Assembly: GCA_963662545.2 (NCBI GenBank)
Contig: CAXXLL010000003.1
Span: 1,504,001-1,568,000 of the forward strand
DNA: 64,000 nucleotides
Reading direction: 5' to 3'
Source of the DNA: Gammaproteobacteria bacterium
GTDB taxonomy: Bacteria > Pseudomonadota > Gammaproteobacteria > Ga0077536
Shown piece after piece: positions 51,170 through 60,641 of this stretch (position 1 is the first letter of the stretch; every line of letters begins with the position of its first letter). A program made the position numbers and the translations under genes. The notes beneath the pieces were generated by a model. It saw nothing but the letters and a program-made list of their open reading frames with translations. It was not told the origin of the DNA and made no database searches.

Positions 51170-51285
51170 TCAAGCATCAAATGCGTCGAATCGATGCGGG
51201 TAGGTAAATAAATGCGGCCCCGTACGGATCGATTCGTACTTCGTTCGATTGCCACTGGCAATATTTTCTTTGAAAATGCAGGCTA

Positions 51286-51444
51286 GTGTGCGGTCCCGTG
51301 AAATAATTGCGTAAGTCGCGTTGGATTTTTCGTTCCTGGCAAAGCACGAGGACGCCGCATAGCGGGCTCTACGCAAGGACGAGCAACACCGCCAGCGACG
51401 AAAAAGACCAGCGAATTATAAAAGTTTTTCGCGGGACAGCGCAC
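51286..51444 (+). repeat. MITE-like repeat family C (159 bp)
   Basis: TA|GTGTGCGGTCCCG...CGGGACAGCGCAC|TA; aligns with 54568-54726. Confidence 0.82.
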
Positions 51445-51530
51445 TAAGCACTTACGGCCGGTTCATGTGAGGTTCAGTTCAAAGCGCGAGAATGCACCGG
51501 TATTAGCGCGCATCCAAATCGGTAGACGAC

Positions 51531-51812
51531 ATGTTCATGACTAAACTAACTCGCGTTTCTCGCCGGCCGGTCGGGGCTCTCGCACTGTTTGCCGCCTTGA
51601 ACCTGTGGCAACCGGGCTTGATGTCCGCGGAAAGCGAAACCGCGCCGGCCACATCACCAACGGAGCAATCCCAGAGTACGGGCGAATCGAAACCCGCGGA
51701 TAAGAAGTGCTTTCATGGCTGCCTCAGGTGGGGCAGGTTCTGCAACGTCGATCCGCGCGGAGTCTACAAGTGCCGGCGGCGTTGCGAGAAATTCGGCGAA
51801 ATTTGCGAGTGA
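51531..51812 (+). CDS. Small exported six-cysteine peptide
   Basis: Signal-like N-terminus, S/T/E/P linker, C-terminal CFHGCLRWGRFCNVDPRGVYKCRRRCEKFGEICE; GTGA overlap with the next gene. Confidence 0.72.
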   Translation: MFMTKLTRVSRRPVGALALFAALNLWQPGLMSAESETAPATSPTEQSQSTGESKPADKKCFHGCLRWGRFCNVDPRGVYKCRRRCEKFGEICE

Positions 51813-52495
51813 GGTCCGCGGCGATTCCCCGCCCGGACTGGAACGCTGTCGACGTTGCCGTTCTCGACATGGACGGTACGCTTCTCGATCTCCATTTCGA
51901 CTACCAGGTGTGGAACGTACTGCTGCCGAAGCGATACGGCGAATTGCACTCCATTGACGAACACGAGGCTCGTGAACGGATAAACGGTTTCCTCGACGAA
52001 CGCCGCGGCACGCTGAGCTGGTACTGTCTCGACTATTGGAGCGAAACTCTCGAAATCGAGATTCGCGCACTCGAGGCCGAACTCGATTGCCTGATCAGCT
52101 TGCGGCCCGGTGCCCGGGGTTTTCTCGAATGGCTCAAGGGACTCGGACTGCGAATGATCCTGGCAACCAATGCACACCCGGCAAGCCTGGAGCGCAAGCT
52201 TAATCTCACCGGCATCGGCAAGTATTTCGACGGTGTCGTCAGCGCCCACGCGGTGGGCGCGGCGAAGGAAAGTTCCGAATTCTGGATCGAACTCGAACGG
52301 TGCTACGACCTCGCGTGCGATCGGGCGGTGTTGATCGATGACAATCATACCGTGTTGCAAACGGCAAGCGATCATGGCATCGCACACGTCTACGGTATCT
52401 CGCAACCCGACAGCCGGCGTGCACCGGTGGAGGACGCGGCGTTTCCCTGTATCCGGTCCTTTTCCGATCTGGCTGGGCAAATTCTAGCGGATTAG
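51809..52495 (+). CDS. yrfG: HAD-family GMP/IMP nucleotidase (YrfG-like)
   Basis: LDMDGTLLDLHFD, GTLSWYCLDYWS, TNAHP, IDDN, QPDS. Confidence 0.88.
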   Translation: MRSAAIPRPDWNAVDVAVLDMDGTLLDLHFDYQVWNVLLPKRYGELHSIDEHEARERINGFLDERRGTLSWYCLDYWSETLEIEIRALEAELDCLISLRPGARGFLEWLKGLGLRMILATNAHPASLERKLNLTGIGKYFDGVVSAHAVGAAKESSEFWIELERCYDLACDRAVLIDDNHTVLQTASDHGIAHVYGISQPDSRRAPVEDAAFPCIRSFSDLAGQILAD

Positions 52496-52656
52496 CAGGC
52501 TGTTGAAAAACTCGTTTTTCGACAGCCTGTGCCCGGCACAGGGATGTGCCGGCATCAATCGAGCACGCTATGTGGTTGATTGATGGAGCAATACGGAAAC
52601 CGCGTTTTCGTCTTGCGAGTTGAAAAACGATAGGGACATCGTTTTTCAACAACCTG
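52496..52656 (+). repeat. MITE-like repeat family B (161 bp)
   Basis: TTAG|CAGGCTGTTGAAAAA...TTTTTCAACAACCTG|TTAG; aligns with 57225-57385. Confidence 0.88.
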
Positions 52657-52718
52657 TTAGGGGATGATTGATGCCCCTCGAATCAGGCGGTTATCGAGGG
52701 CCGCTTTGTCGCGCGGGA

Positions 52719-53435
52719 TCAACCGGCCGCTTTGGCGATCGCAATTTCATAGACCCGGTGTTGGTCGCAAAGCGCGCGATGCTCGAACCGCGTGATCACA
52801 CGGTAGCGGGGACGCGGTGCCCAGTGGCCCGCGCCGGCTAAATTGAGCCATACCGGTGACCGGTCGATCATTTCGAGTATCGATTCGGCATAACCGGCGT
52901 TGTCGCTGGCAAAATGGACCTGTCCCGAGCGTTTGATCCGATCCGCCAAGAGATCGAGAAAGGCACCTCCTATGAGCCGGCGTTTGTGATGGCGCTTTTT
53001 CGGCCAGGGATCAGGAAAAAAGAGGTAAACGCGATCGAGAGACGCGGGCATTAGTATATGAAGGAGATCGACCGCGTCGCTTTCGACGAGTTTGACATTG
53101 TGTAGGCGCCTCGATCGCAGGCCAAGAAGCGTGTGCCCCAATCCCGGTCGATGAACTTCGCAACCCAGGTAGTTATTGCCGGGCGCCGATTGGGCCATGG
53201 CGAGCAGATTCTCGCCGTTGCCCGTGCCAATCTCGAGGTGGATGGGCCCACTCCCGGAATAAATATGGTCAAGACCGTGGGTCAGATTTTGCAGTCCCAC
53301 ACCGTAATTAGGCCACAGCTCGCGCAGTGCTTGGGCCTGGGCAGGTGTCGTGCGCCCTTCGCGAATTACGAAACTACGAATCGTCCGCGTTCGCCGCGGT
53401 ATCGTGGCGGGACGCTTAGGCGGGGTCGCGCTCAG
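52719..53435 (-). CDS. trmB: tRNA (guanine-N7)-methyltransferase
   Basis: [43 protein letters not shown]. Start inferred at CTG 53435. Confidence 0.9.
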   Translation of the reverse strand: MSATPPKRPATIPRRTRTIRSFVIREGRTTPAQAQALRELWPNYGVGLQNLTHGLDHIYSGSGPIHLEIGTGNGENLLAMAQSAPGNNYLGCEVHRPGLGHTLLGLRSRRLHNVKLVESDAVDLLHILMPASLDRVYLFFPDPWPKKRHHKRRLIGGAFLDLLADRIKRSGQVHFASDNAGYAESILEMIDRSPVWLNLAGAGHWAPRPRYRVITRFEHRALCDQHRVYEIAIAKAAG

Positions 53436-54244
53436 GAGAAGAAAGTACCGTCGATCGGGGAAGACGCCGAGGCGTACGCTCGTTTCGGCATGCGCCCGGC
53501 AAGAAAGGCTTCGCGACCGGCCTCGACCGCTTTTCGCATTGCGGACGCCATCAGTACCGGATGCTTCGCTTCGGCAATCGCGGTATTCATCAACACCGCA
53601 TCACAACCGATTTCCATGGCGACGCTTGCATCCGACGCCGTGCCGACACCGGCATCGACGATGACCGGGACGCCGCTGTTCTCTACGATGGTGCGGAGAG
53701 TGTAGCGGTTCTGAATGCCGAGACCCGAGCCTATGGGCGCGGCCAGCGGCATAACAGCCACGCAGCCTATCACTTCGAGTTCCTTCGCAATCAACGGATC
53801 GTCGGTCGTATAAACCATCACGGAAAAGCCGTCCTCACAGAGTGTTTTCGCCGCAGCCAAGGTCTCCACGACATTGGGATACAGGGTTTTTTCGTCACCC
53901 AGGACTTCGAGCTTGACGAGATCGCGGCCCTCCAGGAGTTCGCGCGCAAGTCGGCAGGTTCGAACCGCGGATTCCGCGTCATAGCATCCAGCCGTATTCG
54001 GTAGGATGATATATCGATCCGGTGAAATGACGTCGAGCAAGTTCGGTTCACCCGGCGTTTGCCCCATATTGGTTCGACGCACGGCGACGGTCACCACTTC
54101 GGCACCACTGGCCTCGATCGCTCGGGCGGTCTCCTCATGGTCACGATATTTTCCCGTTCCAACGAGCAGCCTGGACCGGAACGTTCTTCCGGCCAGCTTC
54201 AACAAATCCGGTTCTTCGGCAAGTACGGGCTGACTGTCATTCAT
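53432..54244 (-). CDS. thiG: Thiazole synthase
   Basis: [49 protein letters not shown]. Confidence 0.97.
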   Translation of the reverse strand: MNDSQPVLAEEPDLLKLAGRTFRSRLLVGTGKYRDHEETARAIEASGAEVVTVAVRRTNMGQTPGEPNLLDVISPDRYIILPNTAGCYDAESAVRTCRLARELLEGRDLVKLEVLGDEKTLYPNVVETLAAAKTLCEDGFSVMVYTTDDPLIAKELEVIGCVAVMPLAAPIGSGLGIQNRYTLRTIVENSGVPVIVDAGVGTASDASVAMEIGCDAVLMNTAIAEAKHPVLMASAMRKAVEAGREAFLAGRMPKRAYASASSPIDGTFFS

Positions 54245-54293
54245 TGGCGTATTCGTGAAGCGATTGGATCGGACCGATTATAACCGAGCCAGG

Positions 54294-54512
54294 CTATCCG
54301 CCGCCGATGGCGGCAACGATTTCGATGATGTCGCCGTCGGCCAAAAAATGGCTGGCATGCACGCTACGAGGAACGATATCGCCGTTTATTTCAACCGCAT
54401 ACCGCGCCGAAACGTCCATTTTCTCGATCAGGTCGTCGATGGAGCAGGGCTGTGGAAGGCGCATCGATTCACCGTTCACAATGACCGTCTGGCTCTCGGT
54501 GGTGGAGCCCAT
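54294..54512 (-). CDS. thiS: Sulfur carrier protein
   Basis: VNGE, AVEINGDIVPRS, C-terminal IEIVAAIGGG. Confidence 0.93.
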   Translation of the reverse strand: MGSTTESQTVIVNGESMRLPQPCSIDDLIEKMDVSARYAVEINGDIVPRSVHASHFLADGDIIEIVAAIGGG

Positions 54513-54567
54513 CTCAATCTTTCGCGTAATGCATCGCGACGGTGCCGGCACTCATCGCAAGATTTTA

Positions 54568-54726
54568 GTGTGCCGTCCCGTAAATAGGTTTCATAAGTCG
54601 CGCAGGAATTTTTGTTCCTGGCAAGGCGCGAGGACGCTTATGTGCGGGCTCTAAACTCCGACGAGCAACGCAGCCAGGGGCAAAAATAACCAGCGAATTA
54701 TCGAACCTATTTACGGGACGGCACAC
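54568..54726 (+). repeat. MITE-like repeat family C (159 bp)
   Basis: 23-bp perfect TIR GTGTGCCGTCCCGTAAATAGGTT flanked by TA. Confidence 0.9.
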
Positions 54727-55634
54727 TACAGATCGACTTTCAAGCCCTCACAACCGATGTGGCATTCCATATCGGAGCCGCGTTCGCGAATGATTTGCAA
54801 GCTGTCCTGGTGAATAGCGGCCACTTGATCGTCGTCGTATGTCGGGTCGTGGTGATAGAGGTAAAGGCACTTTACACCGGCGTCTATCGCGAGGTTGACG
54901 GTATCCACATAGCAAGAATGTCCCCAGCCGCGCTTACTATCGTAATCGTGGGGCGTGTACTGTGCGTCGTGAATGAGTATGTCTACTCCCTCAATAGCGG
55001 AAACCTCGGAATTTCGTTGTTCCGAGACCATGCGTTCAAGCAGTTCATGCTCGTCCTGCTCGAATTCATGTATACGCTTTGCGATTGAGGTCTTGAGAAA
55101 ATGAACCTCGTTGTCGGACACGTACACGACGCTCTTGCCGCCGACTTGGAATCGGTAACCATAAGTCAATCCGGGATGGTGGACGTTGTGGTAGCTTATT
55201 TTGATCGGGCCATGCGACAAGCCATTCACATCGGGTTCTAGATAATCGATTTTAGCCATCCAGGTCTCGGTCTCGACCGGAAAATAGGGCGCCTTCATCT
55301 GATCCGACAAACGCTTTTCGATGTCTCCCGAGCTTTCACCGGGACCAAAGAATTTGATTTTCCAATCGGGCGAAAACGCCGGTTGAAAAAAAGGCAGGCC
55401 GCAAATGTGATCCCAATGGTAATGAGTGAACAGCACCATCATTTCGGACAGCTCTTCGTCGTGCATCAACTGTTCACCGAGGGAAATAATGCCGGTGCCG
55501 CCATCGCAAACTAACAGTGTGTCATCACTGCGGATTTCCACGCAGGAAGTATTGCCGCCTACGTTCAGATGTGACTTGTGAGGGGCGGCGTAAGATCCTC
55601 GGACGCCCCAGAAACGCAGATAGCTGTTGCTCAT
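54726..55634 (-). CDS. MBL-fold metallo-hydrolase
   Basis: FWGVRGS, GGNTSCV, THYHWDHICG, HDAQYT, GWGHS, HHDP. Confidence 0.9.
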   Translation of the reverse strand: MSNSYLRFWGVRGSYAAPHKSHLNVGGNTSCVEIRSDDTLLVCDGGTGIISLGEQLMHDEELSEMMVLFTHYHWDHICGLPFFQPAFSPDWKIKFFGPGESSGDIEKRLSDQMKAPYFPVETETWMAKIDYLEPDVNGLSHGPIKISYHNVHHPGLTYGYRFQVGGKSVVYVSDNEVHFLKTSIAKRIHEFEQDEHELLERMVSEQRNSEVSAIEGVDILIHDAQYTPHDYDSKRGWGHSCYVDTVNLAIDAGVKCLYLYHHDPTYDDDQVAAIHQDSLQIIRERGSDMECHIGCEGLKVDL

Positions 55635-56023
55635 ACGTCGGCGTTGCCGGTTCCCACGTACTTGTCGATGAGCGAACGTATCGCCTTTTTCGATATTGGC
55701 TTCGCCACGAACTCCAGCACTCCCAACTCTTTAGCCTCGGTGCGATCTTGTGCGTAATCTTTGGAGCTGATCATGACAGTTGGCGTATCAAAGTGAAGCT
55801 CGTGAGCTCGAAGCTCCTTGAGAAAAGTGAAGCCATCCTTGTTGGGCATGATGATGTTTAGAAACAAGAGGTTGGGTTGCCGGGTATTGAGAAAGCGGAG
55901 AGATTCCTCAGCCGACTCATACGCGTGAAAATCGAGATCCGCCTCCTCGGCGACCTGTTCGAAAAACGCCCGCATGGCGATACTGTCGTCGACGAGAACG
56001 ATGGTCGGTTTGCTTGTTTGCAT
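55631..56023 (-). CDS. Single-domain receiver protein with atypical phosphoacceptor
   Basis: LVDDS, LFLNIIMP (Asn at the usual Asp position), KP; ATGA overlap with the MBL gene. Confidence 0.85.
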   Translation of the reverse strand: MQTSKPTIVLVDDSIAMRAFFEQVAEEADLDFHAYESAEESLRFLNTRQPNLLFLNIIMPNKDGFTFLKELRAHELHFDTPTVMISSKDYAQDRTEAKELGVLEFVAKPISKKAIRSLIDKYVGTGNADV

Positions 56024-56434
56024 GCGCTTTTGATACCCGAATCCCCGCGTCCGCCGGCTCTAGGCTTACGCTCAGCCTTATACATTTATCCTAACCGCAT
56101 GAGATCAGGACTATTATAGACAAGAATTCTGCGATATCCCTAGCTTCGGGACAAGCTTAATTTTCAACAATTTTTGACTCAAAGCCATAATACCCCACCG
56201 CGAAGCGTAAAAGTATGCCGCCCGGCTCGGGCGTTTATTTCGCGAAATTCGAGCACTGCTTCTTTGTCCGTTGACTGTGCCTTTCCAGATAATAGAATCG
56301 GTCGTGATACCCATTTACTTTAATAATAAAGTGCGAAATTTTAGAAATGCCGGCCCCGAGAGGGGAGTACAGGGGCCTGCAGAGTAATCCCACCGCAGTT
56401 CGTGATGGAAATCGTCAGGCACATTTATTTCAGA

Positions 56435-56508
56435 GCGGGTGTAGTTCAATGGTAGAACATCAGCTTCCCAAGCTGAGAACGTGGGTTCGATCCCCATCAC
56501 CCGCTCCA
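56435..56508 (+). tRNA. tRNA-Gly (CCC)
   Basis: Acceptor stem GCGGGTG/CACCCGC, anticodon arm TCAGC-TTCCCAA-GCTGA, GTTCGA T-loop, encoded CCA. Confidence 0.97.
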
Positions 56509-56569
56509 CTAGGCTGCACATCTCACCAGTCCGCTGATGCGGCCACCCAATCGTACGCCCTCGATTGAT

Positions 56570-57220
56570 ATGTTGAACGATATTCGCGACGCGCAACTGG
56601 AGGCCAAGGCCAAAGCCTTGTACAGCGACGAACTGCCTTACCACAACTTCTCTCATATTCTGGATACTCTCAATTCAGCCGGCATCATCCTAACGCGCTG
56701 TGTGCGCGAGAACATCCGGATAGACGCCCGCGCAGTATATTTCGCGCTGCTGTTTCACGATGCGGGTTACCACGAAGATCACGCCGCGAAAGGTTACAAA
56801 AACAAAGAGCTTTACTCGGTCAAGCTCGCCCAGGAAATCCTGCGCGAGCATGGCATTTCCGCCAATCTTATCGGTAAAGTGTCCAAGGCGATTCTCGCCA
56901 CGGAGCGCAACGCGAGCTTTGTGAGTGCGGAACACAAAGCCGTCAGGGCGGCGGACCTGTCAGGCCTGGCTGCCGAATATGAGCGCTTTCTCGAAAGCTC
57001 GATCAAGCTCAAGCGGGAACACGAATACCTGAACCAGCAGCCCATTAGCTGGCCCTCATGGCAATCCGTATCGCGCGAAGTCATCGGCTTTTACCTTTCA
57101 CAGGAAATACGGCTGACGAGCTATTTCCACGATGAAAACGGCGAATCGGCCTACCATAAATCCGTACGTCAAAATCTCGCCCGTTTGCTGAGTGAACCCC
57201 GGGAACCCAGGATCAACTGA
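56570..57220 (+). CDS. HD-domain metal-dependent phosphohydrolase
   Basis: LPYHNFSH, ALLFHDAGY, AADL. Confidence 0.85.
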   Translation: MLNDIRDAQLEAKAKALYSDELPYHNFSHILDTLNSAGIILTRCVRENIRIDARAVYFALLFHDAGYHEDHAAKGYKNKELYSVKLAQEILREHGISANLIGKVSKAILATERNASFVSAEHKAVRAADLSGLAAEYERFLESSIKLKREHEYLNQQPISWPSWQSVSREVIGFYLSQEIRLTSYFHDENGESAYHKSVRQNLARLLSEPREPRIN

Positions 57221-57224
57221 TTAG

Positions 57225-57385
57225 CAGGCTGGTGAAAAACCCCGTTTTTCGTCAGCCTGTGTCCGGTATATGGATGTACCGGCATCCATCTCGCGGTCAA
57301 CTGCTCGATGGATGGAGCGCAACGGAAACTACGTTTTCGCTGTAGCAAGGTGAAAAATGTCGGGAAGACATTTTTCACCAACCTG
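57225..57385 (+). repeat. MITE-like repeat family B (161 bp)
   Basis: TTAG|CAGGCTGGTGAAAAA...TTTTTCACCAACCTG|TTAG. Confidence 0.88.
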
Positions 57386-57399
57386 TTAGGACCCGCGGA

Positions 57400-57996
57400 T
57401 CAGGTGGCATCCTCGGCACCGATCCTCAGCAGAATAAAATCCATATCGTTTTCAATTAGCTTGACGCGCATGGCGCGGATGTCCTTGATTTCGGAAAACG
57501 GCCCGACATGCACCCGGAACCAAACGTCCTGGCCATTGATGACGACGCGCTGAATTCGTGCGCTGACCCCACGCAGAGCGAGTCTTGCTTTTGCACGATC
57601 GGCGTGATTGAACTGCTTGAATGACCCGACCTGCAAGACATAGGTACCAGGCGCCAGACTCGGTTCACCTTCATCATCTTTGACCGATAACTCCCATTCC
57701 GGAACGGGAACCTCCATCTCGGGAAGGATCTTGTAGAAATCGAATTTGGGGCGGGGAAGCACCGGTTTGGTGTCCGATGCGAAATCGGGATCGTCGAATT
57801 CCCCTTGATCGATCGAACTGGAATCCCACTTGCTGATCAATGATGCGGGCGGCGGCAAGCTGCTGGACCAGAGGTAGACCGCCAGAGCGACCAGCAAACC
57901 GAGCGCCAGTCCGCTGAGGAAGGACATCCAGCTGCCCCGTCGCTCGCTCGCTTTGGACGAAGGCCGAGCGGTGTTTTTGTAGTCTTTCTGGGTCAT
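57400..57996 (-). CDS. SPOR-domain cell division protein (FtsN-like)
   Basis: N-terminal QKDY, TM helix, FDFYKILP, LQVGSF, WFRVHVGPF; downstream of argS. Confidence 0.85.
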   Translation of the reverse strand: MTQKDYKNTARPSSKASERRGSWMSFLSGLALGLLVALAVYLWSSSLPPPASLISKWDSSSIDQGEFDDPDFASDTKPVLPRPKFDFYKILPEMEVPVPEWELSVKDDEGEPSLAPGTYVLQVGSFKQFNHADRAKARLALRGVSARIQRVVINGQDVWFRVHVGPFSEIKDIRAMRVKLIENDMDFILLRIGAEDAT

Positions 57997-58011
57997 CGCG
58001 ACGATCTGCGT

Positions 58012-59754
58012 CTACATCTCCATCGGTGCCTGAATGCCGAGAATCGCGAGTCCGTTAGCGATGATCTGGCGTACCGCGGTAACCAGTACGATGCGCGCGT
58101 TGCGCACGGCGTCATCGTCCACCAGCATTCTGTGGGCGTTGTAGTAAGCATGAAACTCGGTAGCCAGGTCACGCAAATAGTTGCTCAGTTGATGCGGTTC
58201 CCGGCCCAGGCATGCGGTCTCGACGACATCCGGATACTGTGCCAGCAAAACCGCTATCGCTCGCTCGGCGGGTTCGACCAGGTATTCGTCCAGCGCCTCA
58301 GTGCATCCCGTTACTTTCAGCTTTCTTCCGCTCATCTGCCGCAATACGCTGCAGATCCGCGCGTGGGCATACTGTACATAGTAGACGGGATTATCGTTGC
58401 TCTGTGCCTTCGCGAGATCGAGGTCGAATTCAAGGTGCTGATCTGAGCGGCGCATTACGTAGAAAAATCGCGCGGCGTCGACGCCGACATCCTCGACGAG
58501 TTGCTTCAGGGTCACGAATTCGCCAGCGCGGGTCGACATCGCCACTTTTTCGCCGCCCTGAATGAGGGTCGCAAATTGCACCAGCAGAATTTCGAGGTTT
58601 TCAGGATCCAGATCCAGTGCCTGCATCGCCGCCTTTACCCGCGGGATATAGCCATGATGATCCGCGCCCCAGATATCGATCACGCTTTCGAATCCACGCG
58701 AAAACTTGTCGAGGTGATAGGCAATATCCGAAGCGAAGTAAGTCTTAGCACCGTTCTCCCTCACGACAACACGGTCCTTCTCGTCACCGAAAGCGGAGGA
58801 TTTAAACCACCGCGCGCCACTTTCGTCAAACAGTTGCCCGCATTGGTCCAAGGCCTCGATGGCGTCGTCTATTAAACCCCGCTGGTCGAGCGAAGTTTCC
58901 GAATACCACGAATCGAATCGCACGCCGAATTCCGCAAGATCGGCTTTGATTTCCTCGAGAATAGTGCTCTTGGCCGAACGATGAATTTCGTCGAAGTGCT
59001 CCGCTCCGAGCGCCTGTTTTGCCTTTGCGATCATGTCGTCGAGCGCGCGTTCGGGATCGCCCGACGCATCGATGTTTTGAAAGGCCGAGGCCTCGACCAG
59101 CATCGCTTCGCCGCACCTGGCCTTGAGAACGGATGCGATCTGCCCGATGTAATCGCCCTGGTAAGCCAGTTGGGGGAATTCGACGCCGACTCCGAACGAT
59201 TCGAGATAGCGCAGCCAGACGCTCAACGCGAGAATATCCATTTGGCGGCCGGCGTCGTTCACGTAGTATTCGCGATGTACCTCATAACCGCAGGTTTCGA
59301 AAAGATTGGCGAGAGAAGATCCGAAGGCCGCTCCTCTCCCGTGGCCGATATGTAGCGGCCCGGTCGGGTTTGCCGATACGAACTCCAATTGAACCTTGCG
59401 ACCAGCGCCGAGATCGCAGCACCCATAGGACTCTTGCTCGGCATAGATCCGGCGAATGATGCCGAACACGTCCCTGTTACGAATGACGAAATTGATGAAT
59501 CCGGCGCCGGCGACTTCGACCTGTTCGAGCAGATCCAGGGCAGACATTTCCGCGGCGATGAGGGCGGCGATTTCATGTGGCGGACGCCGGCAGGATTTGG
59601 CCAGTAACATCGCGACGTTGGTACTGAAATCCCCGTGCGCGGTTTGTTTCGGCGTCTCAATCGTATAATCCGCGGTCGCCTCATGCGGGATCTCACCACG
59701 GGTGCGCAGGTGGTCGAGCGCGCTTTCGAGTGAAGCCCGTAGTTTACGCTTCAA
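58012..59754 (-). CDS. argS: Arginine--tRNA ligase
   Basis: EFVSANPTGPLHIGHGRG, WGADHHGY, MSTRAG, NPVYYVQYAHAR. Confidence 0.97.
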   Translation of the reverse strand: MKRKLRASLESALDHLRTRGEIPHEATADYTIETPKQTAHGDFSTNVAMLLAKSCRRPPHEIAALIAAEMSALDLLEQVEVAGAGFINFVIRNRDVFGIIRRIYAEQESYGCCDLGAGRKVQLEFVSANPTGPLHIGHGRGAAFGSSLANLFETCGYEVHREYYVNDAGRQMDILALSVWLRYLESFGVGVEFPQLAYQGDYIGQIASVLKARCGEAMLVEASAFQNIDASGDPERALDDMIAKAKQALGAEHFDEIHRSAKSTILEEIKADLAEFGVRFDSWYSETSLDQRGLIDDAIEALDQCGQLFDESGARWFKSSAFGDEKDRVVVRENGAKTYFASDIAYHLDKFSRGFESVIDIWGADHHGYIPRVKAAMQALDLDPENLEILLVQFATLIQGGEKVAMSTRAGEFVTLKQLVEDVGVDAARFFYVMRRSDQHLEFDLDLAKAQSNDNPVYYVQYAHARICSVLRQMSGRKLKVTGCTEALDEYLVEPAERAIAVLLAQYPDVVETACLGREPHQLSNYLRDLATEFHAYYNAHRMLVDDDAVRNARIVLVTAVRQIIANGLAILGIQAPMEM

Positions 59755-59891
59755 TGTTCTTCGTCCCTATAATCCGCGTGTCGATTGTGCCGTGCAAGCA
59801 CGGTGGTGCAGCGTTGAGTTCCTCACTATTCAAGTGCTGCAACAAAGCAGGTTCGGTTTCAGGGCGTAAGCCTGCGGACCGCAGTCCGCAT

Positions 59892-60527
59892 TCACTTCAC
59901 GACCGTCAACCCGAGGATCTCCCAATCCTGCAAGCCACCGCGATACCATTTTATTTTTGCTGCCGGGTAACCGAACTTGAGGAGGGTTTTTATATTGGTG
60001 GGCGATTGCCCACACCACATGCCGTTGCAGAAGAGCACCAGGGTCTTGGCGTGCGTGAAATCCCACAGACCCTCCAAGCTCAATGCACCGAATCGTTCCT
60101 CGAGGACTGCGGCGATTTGCAGCGGATCGGCCCCAGCTGCGGCGTTGAGTTCCGTCCAAGGGATATTAACGGAGCCGGGAATGGTGCCCTTGCTGACCCA
60201 GCCGGGCGTGCGTGAATCGATAACAAGGATTGAATCATCCGTAACGGCTCTCGAAATATAGTCGATGAGTTCGAGTTCCCCGATCGTTTGAACACCTTCC
60301 GCAACAACGATGGGCTGAATGCAAAAGGGCGGGCATTTTCGTGACGTCTTGGCATACCGCGGATCGACCGTATCATCCGGGTCCTGGTTGCGCATGATGG
60401 TGACTGGCTTGCCATTATGCTTAATGTCGACTTTGAACAGTCCCCGGTCAATGGCAACGGCAAGTTCCTCAGCAACTGTTACCTGCAGAGCGAACAAACA
60501 TCCCGCGATTAGTAGCAAGCTCTTCAT
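59892..60527 (-). CDS. Periplasmic rhodanese-domain sulfurtransferase
   Basis: Signal peptide, CPPFC, IDSR, GTIPGS, CNGMWCGQS, WYRGGLQDW. Confidence 0.88.
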   Translation of the reverse strand: MKSLLLIAGCLFALQVTVAEELAVAIDRGLFKVDIKHNGKPVTIMRNQDPDDTVDPRYAKTSRKCPPFCIQPIVVAEGVQTIGELELIDYISRAVTDDSILVIDSRTPGWVSKGTIPGSVNIPWTELNAAAGADPLQIAAVLEERFGALSLEGLWDFTHAKTLVLFCNGMWCGQSPTNIKTLLKFGYPAAKIKWYRGGLQDWEILGLTVVK

Positions 60528-60641
60528 AACGCCACCTTACTGCTTGTGGAAAATAGGCAGGTCATCATCGGCCCCGCTGCCACCTTCCGTACGGCGCGCC
60601 GATTGCAAAGCCGCGCCCACCATTGTAGAACCAGATGAGCT

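Noticed and set aside
51707-51808. Upstream start of the HAD nucleotidase
   Set aside because: It would overlap the six-Cys peptide; homology begins after GTG 51809.
56435-56520. tRNA-Gly as an island integration site
   Set aside because: No duplicated tRNA 3' end found in the window and no adjacent phage-type integrase.
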